Assembly: GCF_006345805.1 (NCBI RefSeq)
Contig: NW_021832404.1
Coordinates: forward strand, 22,667-86,666
DNA: 64,000 bases
Reading direction: 5' to 3'
DNA from: Octopus sinensis
Lineage: Eukaryota
Positions 42,001-55,842 of the stretch are shown here, piece by piece. The notes under the pieces were generated by a model, which searched no databases, was not told the DNA's origin, and saw only the letters and a list, made by a program, of their open reading frames with translations. A program made the translations under genes and the position numbers. The number at the start of each line of letters is the position of its first letter. The stretch's first letter is position 1.

Positions 42001-45000
42001 AGAAGGAATATTGAACATTCCAGAGAAGGGGATTTGAAGGTGAAGGTAAGGAATGGGAAGAAGGAATATTGAACATTCCAGAGAGGGGGATTTGGAGGTG
42101 AAAGGGAGGAATGTAAGAAGGAATATTGAACATTCCAGAGAGGTGGATTTGAAGGTGAAGGGGAGGAAGTGGAGGAAGAATATTGAACATTCCAGAGTGG
42201 GGGATTTGAAGGTGAAGGTATGGAATGGGAAGAAGGAATATTGAACATCCAGAGAGGGGGATTTGAAGGTGAAGTTAGGAATGGAAGAAGGATATTGAAC
42301 ATTGCAGAGAGGGGATTTGATGGTAAAGGGGAGGAATGGGAAGAAGGAATATTGAACATACCAGAGAGTGTGATTTGACGATAAAGGGGAGGAATGGGAA
42401 GAAGGAATATTCAACATTCCACAGAGGGGGATGTGAAGTTAAAGGGGAGGAATGGGAAGAAGGAATATTGAACATTCCAGAGAGGGGGATTTGAAGGTGA
42501 AGGGGAGGAAGGAGAGAAAGGGATACTGAACATTCCAGAGAGGGGGATTTGAATGTAAAAGGAATGAAGGGGATGAAGGAATATTGAACATTACAGAGAG
42601 GGGGATTTGAAGGTGAAGGAGGAAGGGGAGGAAGGATATTGAACATTCCAGAGAGGGATTTTGAAAGTGAAAGGGAGGAAGTGCAGAAAGGAATACTGAA
42701 CATTGCAGAGAGGGGGATTTGAAGGTAAATGGAGGAATGGGAAGAAGGAATATTTATCCTTCCAGAGAGGGGGATTTGAAGGTGAAGGTAAGGAATGGGA
42801 AGAAGGAATATTGAACATTCCAGAGAGAGAGATTTCAAGGTAAAGGGGAGGAATGGGAAGAAGGAATATTGAACATTCCAGAGAGGGGGATTTAAAGGTA
42901 AAGGGGAGGAATGGGAAGAAGGAACATTGAACATTACAGAGAAGGGGATTTGAAGGTAAAGGGGAGGAATGGGAAGAAGGAATATTGAACATTCCAGGGA
43001 GGAGGATTTGAAGGTGAAGGTAAGGAATTGGAAGAAGGAATATTGAACATTACAGAGAAGGGGAATTGAAGGTAAAGGGGAGGAATGGGAAGAAGGAATA
43101 TTGAACATTCCAGAGAGGGCGATTTGAAGGTAAAGGTGAGGAATAGGAAGTGGGAATATTGAACATTCCAGAGAGGGGGATTTGAGGATGAAGTGGAAGA
43201 AGAGGAGGAAGGAATATTGAACATTTCAGAGAGGGGGGTTTGAAGATGAAGGGGAGGAAGGGGAGGAAGGAATATTGAACATTCAAGAGAGGGGTATTTG
43301 AAGGTGAAGGGGAGGAAAAGGAGGAAGGAATATTGAACATTCCAGAGAGGGGGATTTGAAGATGAAGGGGAGGAAGGGGAGGAAGGAATATTGAACATTC
43401 CAGAGAGGGGGAGTTGAAGTTGAAGGGGAGGAAGGGGACAAAGGAATACTGAACATTCCAGAGAGGGGGATTTGAAGGTGAAGGGGAGGAAGGAATATTG
43501 AACATTCCAGAGAGGGGGATTTGAAGATGAAGGAGAGGAAGTGTAGGAAGGAATACTGAACATTCCAGAGAAGGGAATTTGAAGGTGAAGGGGAGGAAAA
43601 GGAGGAAGGAATATTGAACATTCCAGAGAGGATGATTTTAAGGTGAAGGGGAGGAATGGGAAGAAGGAATATTGAACATTCCAGAGAGGGGGATTTGAAG
43701 GTGAAGGGGAGGAATGGGATGAAGGAATATTGAACATTCCAGAGAGGGGGAATTTAAGGTGAAGGGGAGGAATCTGAAAACGGAATTTTGAACATTCCAG
43801 AGAGGGGGAATTTAAAGGTAATGTAAGGAATGGGAAGAAGGAATATTGAACATTCCAGAGAGGGGGGATTTAAGGTAAGGTAAGAAAATGGTGAAGGTAA
43901 GGAATGGTGAAGGTGAAGGTAAGGAATATTGAACATTCCAGAGAAGGGATTTGGAGGTGAAGGGGAGGAATGTGAAGAAGGATATTGAACATTCCAAGAG
44001 GGGGGATTTGAAAGTAAGGGGCGGAAAGGGAAGAAGGAATATTGAACATTCCAGAGAGGGGGATTAGAAGGTGAAAGAGAGCAATGGGAAGAAGCAATAT
44101 TGAACATTCCAGAGAGAGGGATTAGAAGGTTAAAGGGAGGAAGGGGAGAAAGTAATATTGAACATTCCAGAGAGGACGATTTGAAGGTAAAGGGGAGGAA
44201 TGGGAAGAAGGAATATTAAACATTCCAGAGAGGGGGATTTGAAGTTAAAGGGGAGGAATGGGAAGAAGGAATATTGAACATTCCAGAGAGGGGGATTTGA
44301 AGGTGAAGGGGAGGAAGAGGAGGAAGAAATATTGAACATTGCTGAGAGGAGGTATTTGAAGGTGAAGGAGAGGAAGTGGAGGAAGAGATACTGAACATTC
44401 CAGAGAGGGGGATTTGAAGGTGAAATGGAGGTAGGGGAGGAATGAATATTGAACATTCCATAGAGTGGAATTTGAAGGTGAAGGGGAGGAAGGGGAGGAA
44501 GGAATATTTAACTTTCCAGACAAGGGGAATCTAAGGTAAAGGGAGGAATGGGAAGAAGGAATATTTAACATTCCAGAGATTGTGGATTTGAAGGTGAAGG
44601 GGAGAAATATTGAACATTCCAGAGAGGGGGATTGAAGGTGAAGGGGAGGAAGGGAGGAAGGAATTTTGAACATTCCAGAGAGGGGGATTTGAAGTTGAAG
44701 GGGAGGAATAAGAAGGAATATTGAACATTCCAGAGAGGGGGGGTTGAAGGTAAGGGGAGGAATGGGAGAAGGAATATTGAACATTCCTGAGAGGGTGATT
44801 TGAAAGCGAAGGGGAGGAAGGGGTGGAAGGAATATTCAACATTCCAGTGAGTGGGGATTTGAAGGTGAAGGGGGGAAGGAATATTGACCATTCCAGAGAG
44901 GGGGATTTGAAGGTGAAGGGGAGGAAGGGGGGAAGGAATATTAAACATTCCAGAGAGGGGGATTTGAAGGTGCAGGGGAAGAAGTGGAGAAAGGAATACT

Positions 45001-48000
45001 GAACATTCCAGAGAGGGGGATTTGAAGGTAAAGGGGAGGAATGGGGAGGAGGAATATTTAACCTTCCAGAGAGTGGGATTTGAAGGTGAAGGTAAGGAAT
45101 GGGAAAAGGAATATTGAACATTCCAGTTAGGGGATTTGAAGGTAAAGGGGAGGAATGGGAGAAGGAATATTGATTATTCCAGAGATCGGGATAGAAAGGT
45201 AAAGGGAATGGGTTAAAGGAATATTGAACATTCCAGAGAGGGGATTTGAAGGTGAATTGGATGAATGGGAAGAAGGAATATTGAACATTCCAGAGAGGGG
45301 GATTTGAAGGTGATGGGGAGGAAAAGGAGGAAGGAATATTGAACATTTCAGAGGGGGATTTGAAGGTGAATTGGAGGTAGGGGAGGAAGGAATATTGAAC
45401 ATTCCAGAGAGCGGGATTTGAAGGTGACGGGGAGGAAGGAATATTGAACATTCCAGAGAGGGGCATTTGAAGGTGAAGGGTGGAAAGGGAGGAAGGGATA
45501 TTGAACATTCCAGAGAGAGGGATTTGAAGGTAAGGGGAGGAATGGAAAAACAATCTTGAACATACCAGAGGGGGGGATTTAAAGGTGAAGGGGAGGAAGG
45601 GTAGGGAGGAATTTGAACATTCCAGAGAGGGGGATTTGAAGGTGAAGGGGGAAGGAATATTGAACATTCCAGAGAGGGGGATTTGAAGGTGAAGGAGAGG
45701 AAGGCTAGGAAGGAATATTGAAAATTCCAGAGGGGGGGATTTGAAGTTGAAGGGGAGGAATGGGATGAAGGAATATTCAACATTCCAGAGAGTGGGATTT
45801 GTAGCTAATGGGGAGGAATGGGTAGAAGGAATATTGAACATTCCAGAGGGGGGGATTTTAAGGTGAAGGGAAGGAATGGGAAGAAGGAATATTGAACATT
45901 CCAGAAAGGGGGATTTGAAGGTAAAGTGGAGGAATGGGATGAAGGAATATTGAACATTCCAGAGTGGGGGATTTGAAGGTGAAGGGGAGGAATGGGAAGA
46001 AGGAATATTGATCATTCCAGAGAGGGGGATTTGAAGGTAAAGGTAAGGAATGGGAAGAAGGAATATTGAACATTCCAGAGAGGGGGATGTGAAGGTGAAT
46101 GTAAGGAATGGTGAAGTAAGGAATGGTGAAGGTGAAGGTAAGAATATGGAACATTCCAGAGAGAGGGATTTGGAGGTGAAGGGAGGTATGGAAGAAGGAA
46201 TATTGAACATTCCAGAGAGGTGGATTTGAATATAAAGGGGCGGAATGGGAAGAAGGAATATTGAACAATCCAGAGAGGGGGATTTGAAGGTGAAAGAGAG
46301 CAATGGGAAGAAGCAATATTGAACATTCCAGAGAGGGGGATTAGAAGGTTAAAGGGAGGAAGGGGAGGAAGGAATATTGAACATTCCAGAGAGGAGGATT
46401 TGAAGGTAAAGGGGAGGAATGGGAAGAATGAATGTTGAACATTCCAGAGAGGGGGATTTGAAGTTGAAGGGGAGGAATAAGAAGGAATATTGAACATTCC
46501 AGAGAGGGGGATTTGAAGGTGAAGGGGAGGAATGGGAGGAAGGAATATTGAACATTCCAGAGAGGGGGATTATAAGGTGAAGGGGAGGAATGGGAAGAAG
46601 GAATATTGAACATTCCAGAGAGAGGGATTTGAAGGTAAAGGGGAGGAATGGGAAGAAGGAATATTGAACATTCCAGAGAAGGGGATTTGAAGGTGAAGGT
46701 AAGGAATGGGAAGAAGGAATATTGAACATTCCAGAGAGGGGGATTTGGAGGTGAAAGGGAGGAATGTGAAGAAGGAATATTGAACATTCCAGAGAGGTGG
46801 ATTTGAAGGTGAAGGGGAGGAAGTGGAGGAAGAAATATTGAACATTCCAGAGTGGGGGATTTGAAGGTGAAGGTATGGAATGGGAAGAAGGAATATTGAA
46901 CATCCAGAGAGGGGGATTTGAAGGTGAAGTTAAGGAATGGGAAGAAGGAATATTGAACATTGCAGAGAGGGGGATTTGATGGTAAAGGGGAGGAATGGGA
47001 AGAAGGAATATTGAACATACCAGAGAGTGTGATTTGACGGTAAAGGGGAGGAATGGGAAGAAGGAATATTCAACATTCCACAGAGGGGGATGTGAAGTTA
47101 AAGGGGAGGAATGGGAAGAAGAATATTGAACATTCCAGAGAGGGGATTTGAAGGTGAAGGGGAGGAAGGAGAGAAAGGGATACTGAACATTCATTCCAGA
47201 GAGGGGATTTGAATGTAAAGGAATGAAGGGATTAAGGAATATTGAACATTACAGAGAGGGGGATTTGAAGGTGAAGGGGAGGAAGGGGAGGAAGGAATAT
47301 TGAACATTCCAGAGAGGGGGATTTGAAAGTGAAAGGGAGGAAGTGCAGAAAGGAATACTGAACATTGCAGAGAGGGGGATTTGAAGGTAAATGGAGGAAT
47401 GGGAAGAAGGAATATTTATCCTTCCAGAGAGGGGGATTTGAAGGTGAAGGTAAGGAATGGGAAGAAGGAATATTGAACATTCCAGAGAGAGAGATTTCAA
47501 GGTAAAGGGGAGGAATGGGAAGAAGGAATATTGAACATTCCAGAGAGGGGGATTTAAAGGTAAAGGGGAGGAATGGGAAGAAGGAATATTAAACATTCCA
47601 GGGAGGAGGATTTGAAGGTGAAGGTAAGGAATTGGAAGAAGGAATATTGAACATTACAGAGAAGGGGAATTGAAGGTAAAGGGGAGGAATGGGAAGAAGG
47701 AATAGTGAACATTCCAGAGAGGGCGATTTGAAGGTAAAGGTGAGGAATAGGAAGTGGGAATATTGAACATTCCAGAGAGTGGGATTTGAGGATGAAGTGG
47801 AAGAAGAGGAGGAAGGAATATTGAACATTTCAGAGAGGGGGGTTTGAAGATGAAGGGGAGGAAGGGGAGGAAGGAATATTGAACATTCAAGAGAGGGGTA
47901 TTTGAAGGTGAAGGGGAGGAAAAGGAGGAAGGAATATTGAACATTCCAGAGAGGGGGATTTGAAGATGAATGGGAGGAAGGGGAGGAAGGAATATTGAAC

Positions 48001-51000
48001 ATTCCAGAGAGGGGGGTTGAAGTTGAAGGGGAGGAAGGGGACAAGGAATACTGAACATTCCAGAGAGGGGATTTGAAGGTGAAGGGAGGAAGGAATATTG
48101 AACATTCCAGAGAGGGGATTTGAAGATGAAGGAGAGGAATGTAGGAAGGAATACTGAACATTCCAGAGAAGGGAATTTGAAGGTGAAGGGGAGGAAAAGG
48201 AGGAAGGAATATTGAACATTCCAGAGAGGATGATTTTAAGGTGAAGGGGAGGAATGGGAAGAAGGAATATTGAACATTCCAGAGAGGGGGATTTGAAGGT
48301 GAAGGGGAGGAATGGGATGAAGGAATATTGAACATTCCAGAGAGGGGGAATTTAAGGTGAAGGGGAGGAATCTGAAAACGGAATTTTGAACATTCCAGAG
48401 AGGGGAATTTAAAGGTAAATGTAAGGAATGGGAAGAAGGAATATTGAACATTCCAGAGAGGGGGATTTTAAGGTAAGGTAAGAAATGGTGAAGGTAAGGA
48501 ATGGTGAAGGTGAAGGTAAGGAATATTGAACATTCCAGAGAAAGGGATTTGGAGGTGAAGGGGAGGAATGTGAAGAAGGAATATTGAACATTCCAGAGAG
48601 GGGGATTTGAAAGTAAAGGGGCGGAAAGGGGAAGAATAATATTGAACATTCCAGAGAGGGGGATTAGAAGGTGAAAGAGAGCAATGGGAAGAAGCATATT
48701 GAACATTCCAGAGAGAGGGATTAGAAGGTTAAAGGGGAGGAAGGGGAGAAAGTAATATTGAACATTCCAGAGAGGACGATTTGAAGGTAAAGGGGAGGAA
48801 TGGGAAGAAGGAATATTAACCATTCCAGAGAGGGGGATTTGAAGTTAAAGGGGAGGAATGGGAAGAAGGAATATTGAACATTCCAGAGAGGGGGATTTGA
48901 AGGTGAAGGGGAGGAAGAGGAGGAAGAAATATTGAACTTGCTGAGAGAGGTATTTGAAGGTGAAGGAGAGGAAGTGGAGGAAGAGATACTGAACATTCCA
49001 GAGAGGGGGATTTGAAGGTGAAATGGAGGTAGGGGAGGAATGAATATTGAACATTCCATAGAGTGGAATTTGAAGGTGAAGGGGAGGAATGGGAAGAAGG
49101 AATATTTAACATTCCAGAGATTGTGGATTTGAAGGTGAAGGGGGAAGAAATATTGAACATTCCAGAGAGGGGGATGTGAAGGTGAAGGGGAGGAAGGGGA
49201 GGAAGGAATTTTGAACATTCCAGAGAGGGGGATTTGAAGTTGAAGGGGAGGAATAAGAAGGAATATTGAACATTCCAGAGAGGGGGATTTGAAGGTAAAG
49301 GGGAGGAATGGGAAGAAGGAATATTGAACATTCCTGAGAGGGTGATTTGAAAGCGAAGGGGAGGAAGGGGTGGAAGGAATATTCAACATTCCAGAGAGTG
49401 GGGATTTGAAGGTGAAGGGGGGAATGAATATTGACCATTCCAGAGAGGGGGATTTGAAGGTGAAGGGGTGGAAGGGGGGGAAGGAATATTAAACATTCCA
49501 GAGAGGGGGATTTGAAGGTGAAGGGGAAGAAGTGGAGAAAGGAATACTGAACATTCCAGAGAGGGGGATTTGAAGGTAAAGGGGAGGAATGGGGAGGAGG
49601 AATATTTAACCTTCCAGAGAGTGGGATTTGAAGGTGAAGGTAAGGAATGGGAAAAAGGAATATTGAACATTCCAGTTAGGGGGATTTGAAGGTAAAGGGG
49701 AGGAATGGGAAGAAGGAATATTGATTATTCCAGAGATCGGGATAGAAAGGTAAAGGGGAGGAATGGGTTAAAGTAAAGAATATTGAACATTCCAGAGAGG
49801 GGGATTTGAAGGTGATTGGATGAATGGGAAGAAGGAATATTGAACATTCCAGAGAGGGGGATTTGAAGGTGATGGGAGGAAAGGAGAAGGAATATTGAAC
49901 ATTTCAGAGAGGGGGATTTGAAGGTGAATTGGAGGTAGGGGAGGAAGGAATATTGAACATTCCAGAGAGCGGGATTTGAAGGTGACGGGGAGGAAGGAAT
50001 ATTGAACATTCCAGAGAGGGGCATTTGAAGTGAAGGGTGAAAGGGAGGAAGGATATTGAACATTCCAGAGAGGGGGATTTGAAGGTAAAGGGGAGGAATG
50101 GGAAAAACAATCTTGAACATACCAGAGAGGGGGATTTAAAGGTGAAGGGGAGGAAGGGTAGGGAGGAATATTGAACATTCCAGAGAGGGGGGGTTTACGG
50201 TGACGGGGAGGAAGGGGGCGGGGGAATATTGAACATTCCAGAGAGGGGGATTTGAAGGTGAAGGGGGAAGGAATATTGAACATTCCAGAGAGGGGGATTT
50301 GAAGGTGAAGGAGAGGAAGGCTAGGAAGGAATATTGAAAATTCCAGAGGGGGGGATTTGAAGTTGAAGGGGAGGAATGGGATGAAGGAATATTCAACATT
50401 CCAGAGAGTGGGATTTGTAGCTAATGGGGAGGAATGGGTAGAAGGAATATTGAACATTCCAGAGGGGGGGATTTTAAGGTGAAGGGGAGGAATGGGAAGA
50501 AGGAATATTGAACATTCCAGAGAGGGGGATTTGAAGGTAAAGGGGAGGAATGGGATGAAGGAATATTGAACATTCCAGAGTGGGGATTTGAAGGTGAAGG
50601 GGAGGAATGGGAAGAAGGAATATTGATCATTCCAGAGAGGGGGATTTGAAGGTAAAGGTAAGGAATGGGAAGAAGGAATATTGAACATTCCAGAGAGGGG
50701 GATGTGAAGGTGAATGTAAGGAATGGTGAAGGTAAGGAATGGTGAAGGTGAAGGTAAAGAATATGGAACATTCCAGAGAGAGGGATTTGGAGGTGAAGGG
50801 GAGGTATGGGAAGAAGGAATATTGAACATTCCAGAGAGGTGGATTTGAATATAAAGGGGCGGAATGGGAAGAAGGAATATTGAACAATCCAGAGAGGGGG
50901 ATTTGAAGGTGAAAGAGAGCAATGGGAAGAAGCAATATTGAACATTCCAGAGAGGGGGATTAGAAGGTTAAAGGGAGGAAGGGGAGGAAGGAATATTGAA

Positions 51001-54000
51001 CATTCCAGAGAGGAGGATTTGAAGGTAAAGGGGAGGAATGGGAAGAATGAATGTTGAACATTCCAGAGAGGGGATTTGAAGTTGAAGGGGAGGAATAAGA
51101 AGGAATATTGAACATTCCAGAGAGGGGGATTTGAAGGTAAAGGGGAGGAATGGAAGAAGGAATATTGAACATTCCAGAGAGGGGATTTGAAAGCGAAGGG
51201 GAGGAAGGGGTGGAAGGAATATTCAACATTCCAGAGAGTGGGGATTTGAAGGTGAAGGGGGGAATGAATATTGACCATTCCAGAGAGGGGATTTGAAGGT
51301 GAAGGGGAGGAAGGGGGGGAAGGAATATTAAACATTCCAGAGAGGGGGATTTGAAGGTGAAGGGGAAGAAGTGGAGAAAGGAATACTGAACATTCCAGAG
51401 AGGGGGATTTGAAGGTAAAAAGGAGGAATGGGGAGAAGGAATATTTAACCTTCCAGGTAGGGGGATTTGAAGGTGAAGGTAAGGAATGGGAAAAAGGAAT
51501 ATTGAACATTCCAGGTAGGGGGATTTGAAGGTAAAGGGGAGGAATGGGAAGAAGGAATATTGATTATTCCAGAGATCGGGATAGAAAGGTAAAGGGGAGG
51601 AATGAGTTAAAGGAATATTGAACATTCCAGAGAGGAGGATTTGAAGGTGAATTGGATGAATGGGAAGAAGGAATATTGAACATTCCAGAGAGGGGGATTT
51701 GAAGGTGATGGGGAGGAAAAGGAGGAAGGAATATTGAACATTTCAGAGAGGGGGATTTGAAGGTGAATTGGAGGTAGGGGAGGAAGGAATATTGAACATT
51801 CCAGAGAGCGGGATTTGAAGGTGACGGGGAGGAAGGAATAATGAACATTCCAGAGAGGGGCATTTGAAGGTGAAGGGTGGAAAGGGAGGAAGGGATATTG
51901 AACATTCCAGAGAGGGGGATTTGAAGGTAAAGGGGAGGAATGGGAAAAACAATCTTGAACATACCAGAGGGGGGGATTTAAAGGTGAAGGGGAGGAAGGG
52001 TAGGGAGGAATATTGAACATTCCAGAGATTGGGATTTGAAGGTGAATGGGAGGAAGGGGAGGGAGGAATATTGAACATTCCAGGAGGGGGGTTTACGGTG
52101 AAGGGGAGGAAGGGGGCGGGGGAATATTGAACATTCCAGAGAGGGGATTTGAAGGTGAAGGGGGAAGGAATATATGAAACATTCCAGAGAGGGGGATTTG
52201 AAGGTGAAGGAGAGGAAGGCGTGGAAGGAATATTAAAATTCCAGAGGGGGGGATTTGAAGTTGAAGGGGAGAATGGATGAAGGAATATTCAACATTCCAG
52301 AGAGTGGGATTTGTAGCTAATGGGGAGGAATGGGTAGAAGGAATATTGAACATTCCAGAGGGGGGGGATTTTAGGTGAAGGGAAGGAATGTGAGAAGGAA
52401 TATTGAACATTCCAGAGAGGGGGATTTGAAGGTAAAGGGGAGGAATGGGATGAAGGAATATTGAACATTCCAGAGAGGGGGATTTTAAGGTGAAGGGGAG
52501 GAATGGTGAAGGTAAGGAATGGTGAAGGTGAAGGTAAGGAATATGGAACATTCCAGAGAGAGGGATTTGGAGGTGAAGGGGAGGTATGGGAAGAAGGAAT
52601 ATTGAACATTCCAGAGAGGTGGATTTGAAGGTAAATGGGCGGAATGGGAAGAAGGAATATTGAACATTCCAGAGAGGGGGATTTGAAGGTGAAAGAGAGC
52701 AATGGGAAGAATCAATATTGAACATTCCAGAGAGGGGGATTAGAAGGTTAAAGGGAGGAAGGGGAGGAAGGAATATTGAACATTCCAGAGAGGAGGATTT
52801 GAAGGTAAAGGGGAGGAATGGGAAGAAGGAATATTGAACATTCCTGAAAGGGGGATTTGAAGGTAATGGGGAGGAATGGGAAGAAGCAATATTGAACATT
52901 CCAGAGAGGGGGATTTGAAGGTGAAGGGGAGGAAGGGGAAGAAGGAATATTGAACATTCCAGAGAGTGGGATTTAAAGGTGAGGTGGAGGAATGGGAAGA
53001 AGGAATATTGAAAATTCCCGAGGGGGGGATTTGAAGGTGAAGGTGGGGAATGTGAAGAAGGAATATTGAACATTCCATAGAGGGGGATTTGAAGGTGAAA
53101 GGAGGAATGGGAAGAAGGAATATTGAACATTCCAAAGAGTGGGATTTGAAGTTGAATGGGTGGATTGGGAAGAAGGAATATTGAACATTCCAGAGAGGGG
53201 GATTTGAAGGTGAAGGTAAGGAATGGCGAAGGTAAGGAATGGTGAAGGTGAAGGTAAGGAATATTGAACATTCCAGAGAGAGGGATTTGGAGGTTAAGGG
53301 GAGGTATGGGAAGAAGGAATATTGAACATTCCAGAGAGGGGGATTTGAAGGTAAAGGGGCGGAATGGGAAGAAGGAATATTGAACATTCCAGAGAGGGGG
53401 ATTTGAAGGTGAATTGGATGAATGGGAAGAAGGAATATTGAACATTCCAGAGAGGGGGATTTGAAGGTGAATTGGAGGTAGGGGAGGAAGGAATATTGAA
53501 CATTCCAGAGAGCGGGATTTGAAGGTTACGGGGAGAAGGAATATTGAACATTCCAGAGAGGGGCATTTGAAGGTGAAGGGTGGAAAGGGAGGAAGGGATA
53601 TTGAACATTCCAGAGAGGGGGATTTGAAGGTAAAGGGGAGGAATGGGAAAAACATCTTGAACATACCAGAGGGGGGGATTTAAAGGTGAAGGGATGAAGG
53701 TAGGGAGGAATATTGAACATTCCAGAGATTGGGATTTGAAGGTGAATGGGAGGAAGGGGAGGGAGGAATATTGAACATTCAGAGAGGGGGGTTTACGGTG
53801 AAGGGGAGGAAGGGGGCGGGGAAATATTGAACATTCCAGAGAGGGGATTTGAAGGTGAAGGGGGAAGGAATATTGAACATTCCAGAGAGGGGGATTTGAA
53901 GGTGAAGGAGAGGAAGGCGAGGAAGGAATATTGAAAATTCCAGAGGGGGGGATTTTTGAAGTTGAAGGGGAGGAATGGGATGAAGGATATTCAACATTCC

Positions 54001-55840
54001 AGAGAGTGGATTTGTAGCTAATGGGGAGGAATGGGTAGAAGGAATTTTGAACATTCCAGAGGGGGGGGATTTTACGGTGAAGGGTGGAAGGGGAAGAAGG
54101 AATATTGAACATTCCAGAGAGGGGGTTTGAAGGTAAAGGGGAGGAATGGGATGAAGGAATATTGAACATTCCAGAGAGGGGGGATTTTAAGGTGAAGGGG
54201 AGGAATGGAATAAGGAATATTGAACATTCCAGAGAGGGGGATTTGAAGGTAAGGTAAGGAAGGGAAGAAGGAATATTGAACATTCCAGAGAGGGGGATTT
54301 GAAGGTGAAGTAAGGAATGGTGAAGGTAAGGAATGGTGAAGGTGAAGGTAAGGATATGGAACATTCCAGAGAGAGGGATTTGGAGGTGAAGGGGAGGTTG
54401 GGAAGAAGGATTATTGAACATTCCAGAGAGGTGGATTTGAAGGTAAAGGGGCGGATGGAAGAAGGAATATTGAACATTCCAGAGTGGGGGTTTGAAGGTG
54501 AAAGAGAGCAATGGGAAGAAGCAATATTGAACATTACAGAGAGGGGGATTAGAAGGTTAAAGGGAGGAAGGGGAGGAAGGAATATTGAACATTCCAGAGA
54601 GGAGGATTTGAAGGTAAAGGGGAGGAATGGGAAGAAGGAATATTGTACATTCCTGAGAGGGGGATTTGAAGGTAATGGGGAGGAATGGGAAGAAGGAATA
54701 TTGAACATTCCAGAGAGGGGGATTTGAAGGTGAAGGGGAGGAAGGGGAAGAAGGAATATTGTACATTCCAGAGAGTGGGATTTAAAGGTGAGGTGGAGGA
54801 ATGTGAAGAAGGAATATTGAAAATTCCAGAGGGGGGGATTTGAAGGTGAAGGTGGGGAATGTGAAGAAGGAATATTGAACATTCCATAGAGGGGGATTTG
54901 AAGGTGAAAAGGAGGAATGGGAAGAAGGAATATTGAACATTCCAAAGAGTGGGATTTGAAGTTGAATGGGTGGAATGGGAAGAAGGAATATTGAACATTC
55001 CAGAGAGGGGGAATTGAAGGTGAAGGTAAGGAATGGTGAAGGTGAAGGTAAGGAATATTGAACATTCCAGAGAGAGGGATTTGGAGGTGAAGGGGAGGTA
55101 TGCGAAGAAGGAATATTGAACATTCCAGAGAGGGGGATTTGAAGGTAAAGGGGCGGAATGGGAAGAAGGAATATTGAACATTCCAGAGAGGGGGATTTGA
55201 AGGTGAAAGAGAGCGATGGGAAGAAGCAATATTGAACATTCCAGAGAGGGGGATTAGAAGGTTAAAGGGAGGAAGGGGAGGAAGGAATATTGAACATTCC
55301 AGAGAGGAGGATTTGAAGGTAAAGGGGAGGAATGGGAAGAAGGAATATTGAACATTCCAGAGAGGGGGATTTGAAGGTGAAGGGGAGGAAGGGGAAGAAG
55401 GAATATTGAACATTCCAGAGAGTGGGATTTAAAGGTGAGGTGGAGGAATGTGAAGAAGGAATATTGAAAATTCCAGAGGGGGGGATTTGAAGGTGAAGGT
55501 GGGGAATGTGAAGAAGGAATATTGAACATTCCATAGAGGGAGATTTGAAGGTGAAAAGGAGGAATGGGAAGAAGGAATATTGAACATTCCAAAGAGTGGG
55601 ATTTGAAGTTGAATGGGTGGAATGGAAGAAGGAATATTGAACATTCCATACAGTGGGATTTGAAGGTGAAGGGGAGGAATAGGAAGAATGAATATTGAAC
55701 ATTCCATAGAGGGGGATTTGAAGGTGAAGGGGAAGAATGGGACGAAGGAATATTGAACATTAAATAGAGTTTGGATTTGAAGGTGAAGGGGAGGAATGGG
55801 AATAAGGAATATTGAACTTTCCAGAGAGGGAGATTTGGAG
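3029..55840 (+). repeat. 58-bp satellite array, about 900 units; consensus GAATATTGAACATTCCAGAGAGGGGGATTTGAAGGTRAAGGGGAGGAATGGGAAGAAG
   Basis: Unit counted as 58 nt; repeat-derived ORF starts recur at 58-bp steps (e.g. 17657, 17599); single orientation throughout; 45 of 58 consensus bases are purines on the + strand. Confidence 0.98.
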
Positions 55841-55842
55841 AT

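Noticed and set aside
3029-55840. Hundreds of long minus-strand ORFs (up to 700 aa; MFNIPSSHSSPLPSNPPLWNVQYSFFPFLPFTFKSPSLECSIFLLPIPPLYLQIPLSG repeats)
   Set aside because: The pyrimidine-rich strand of the 58-mer lacks stops in all three frames, and 58 is not a multiple of 3, so overlapping ORFs cycle through the same peptide. Indels and stops are random and there is no codon-level constraint.
3029-55840. CRISPR-like appearance (conserved partly palindromic core alternating with more variable segments)
   Set aside because: The variable segments are homologous to each other rather than unique spacers, there are no cas genes, and the context is eukaryotic.
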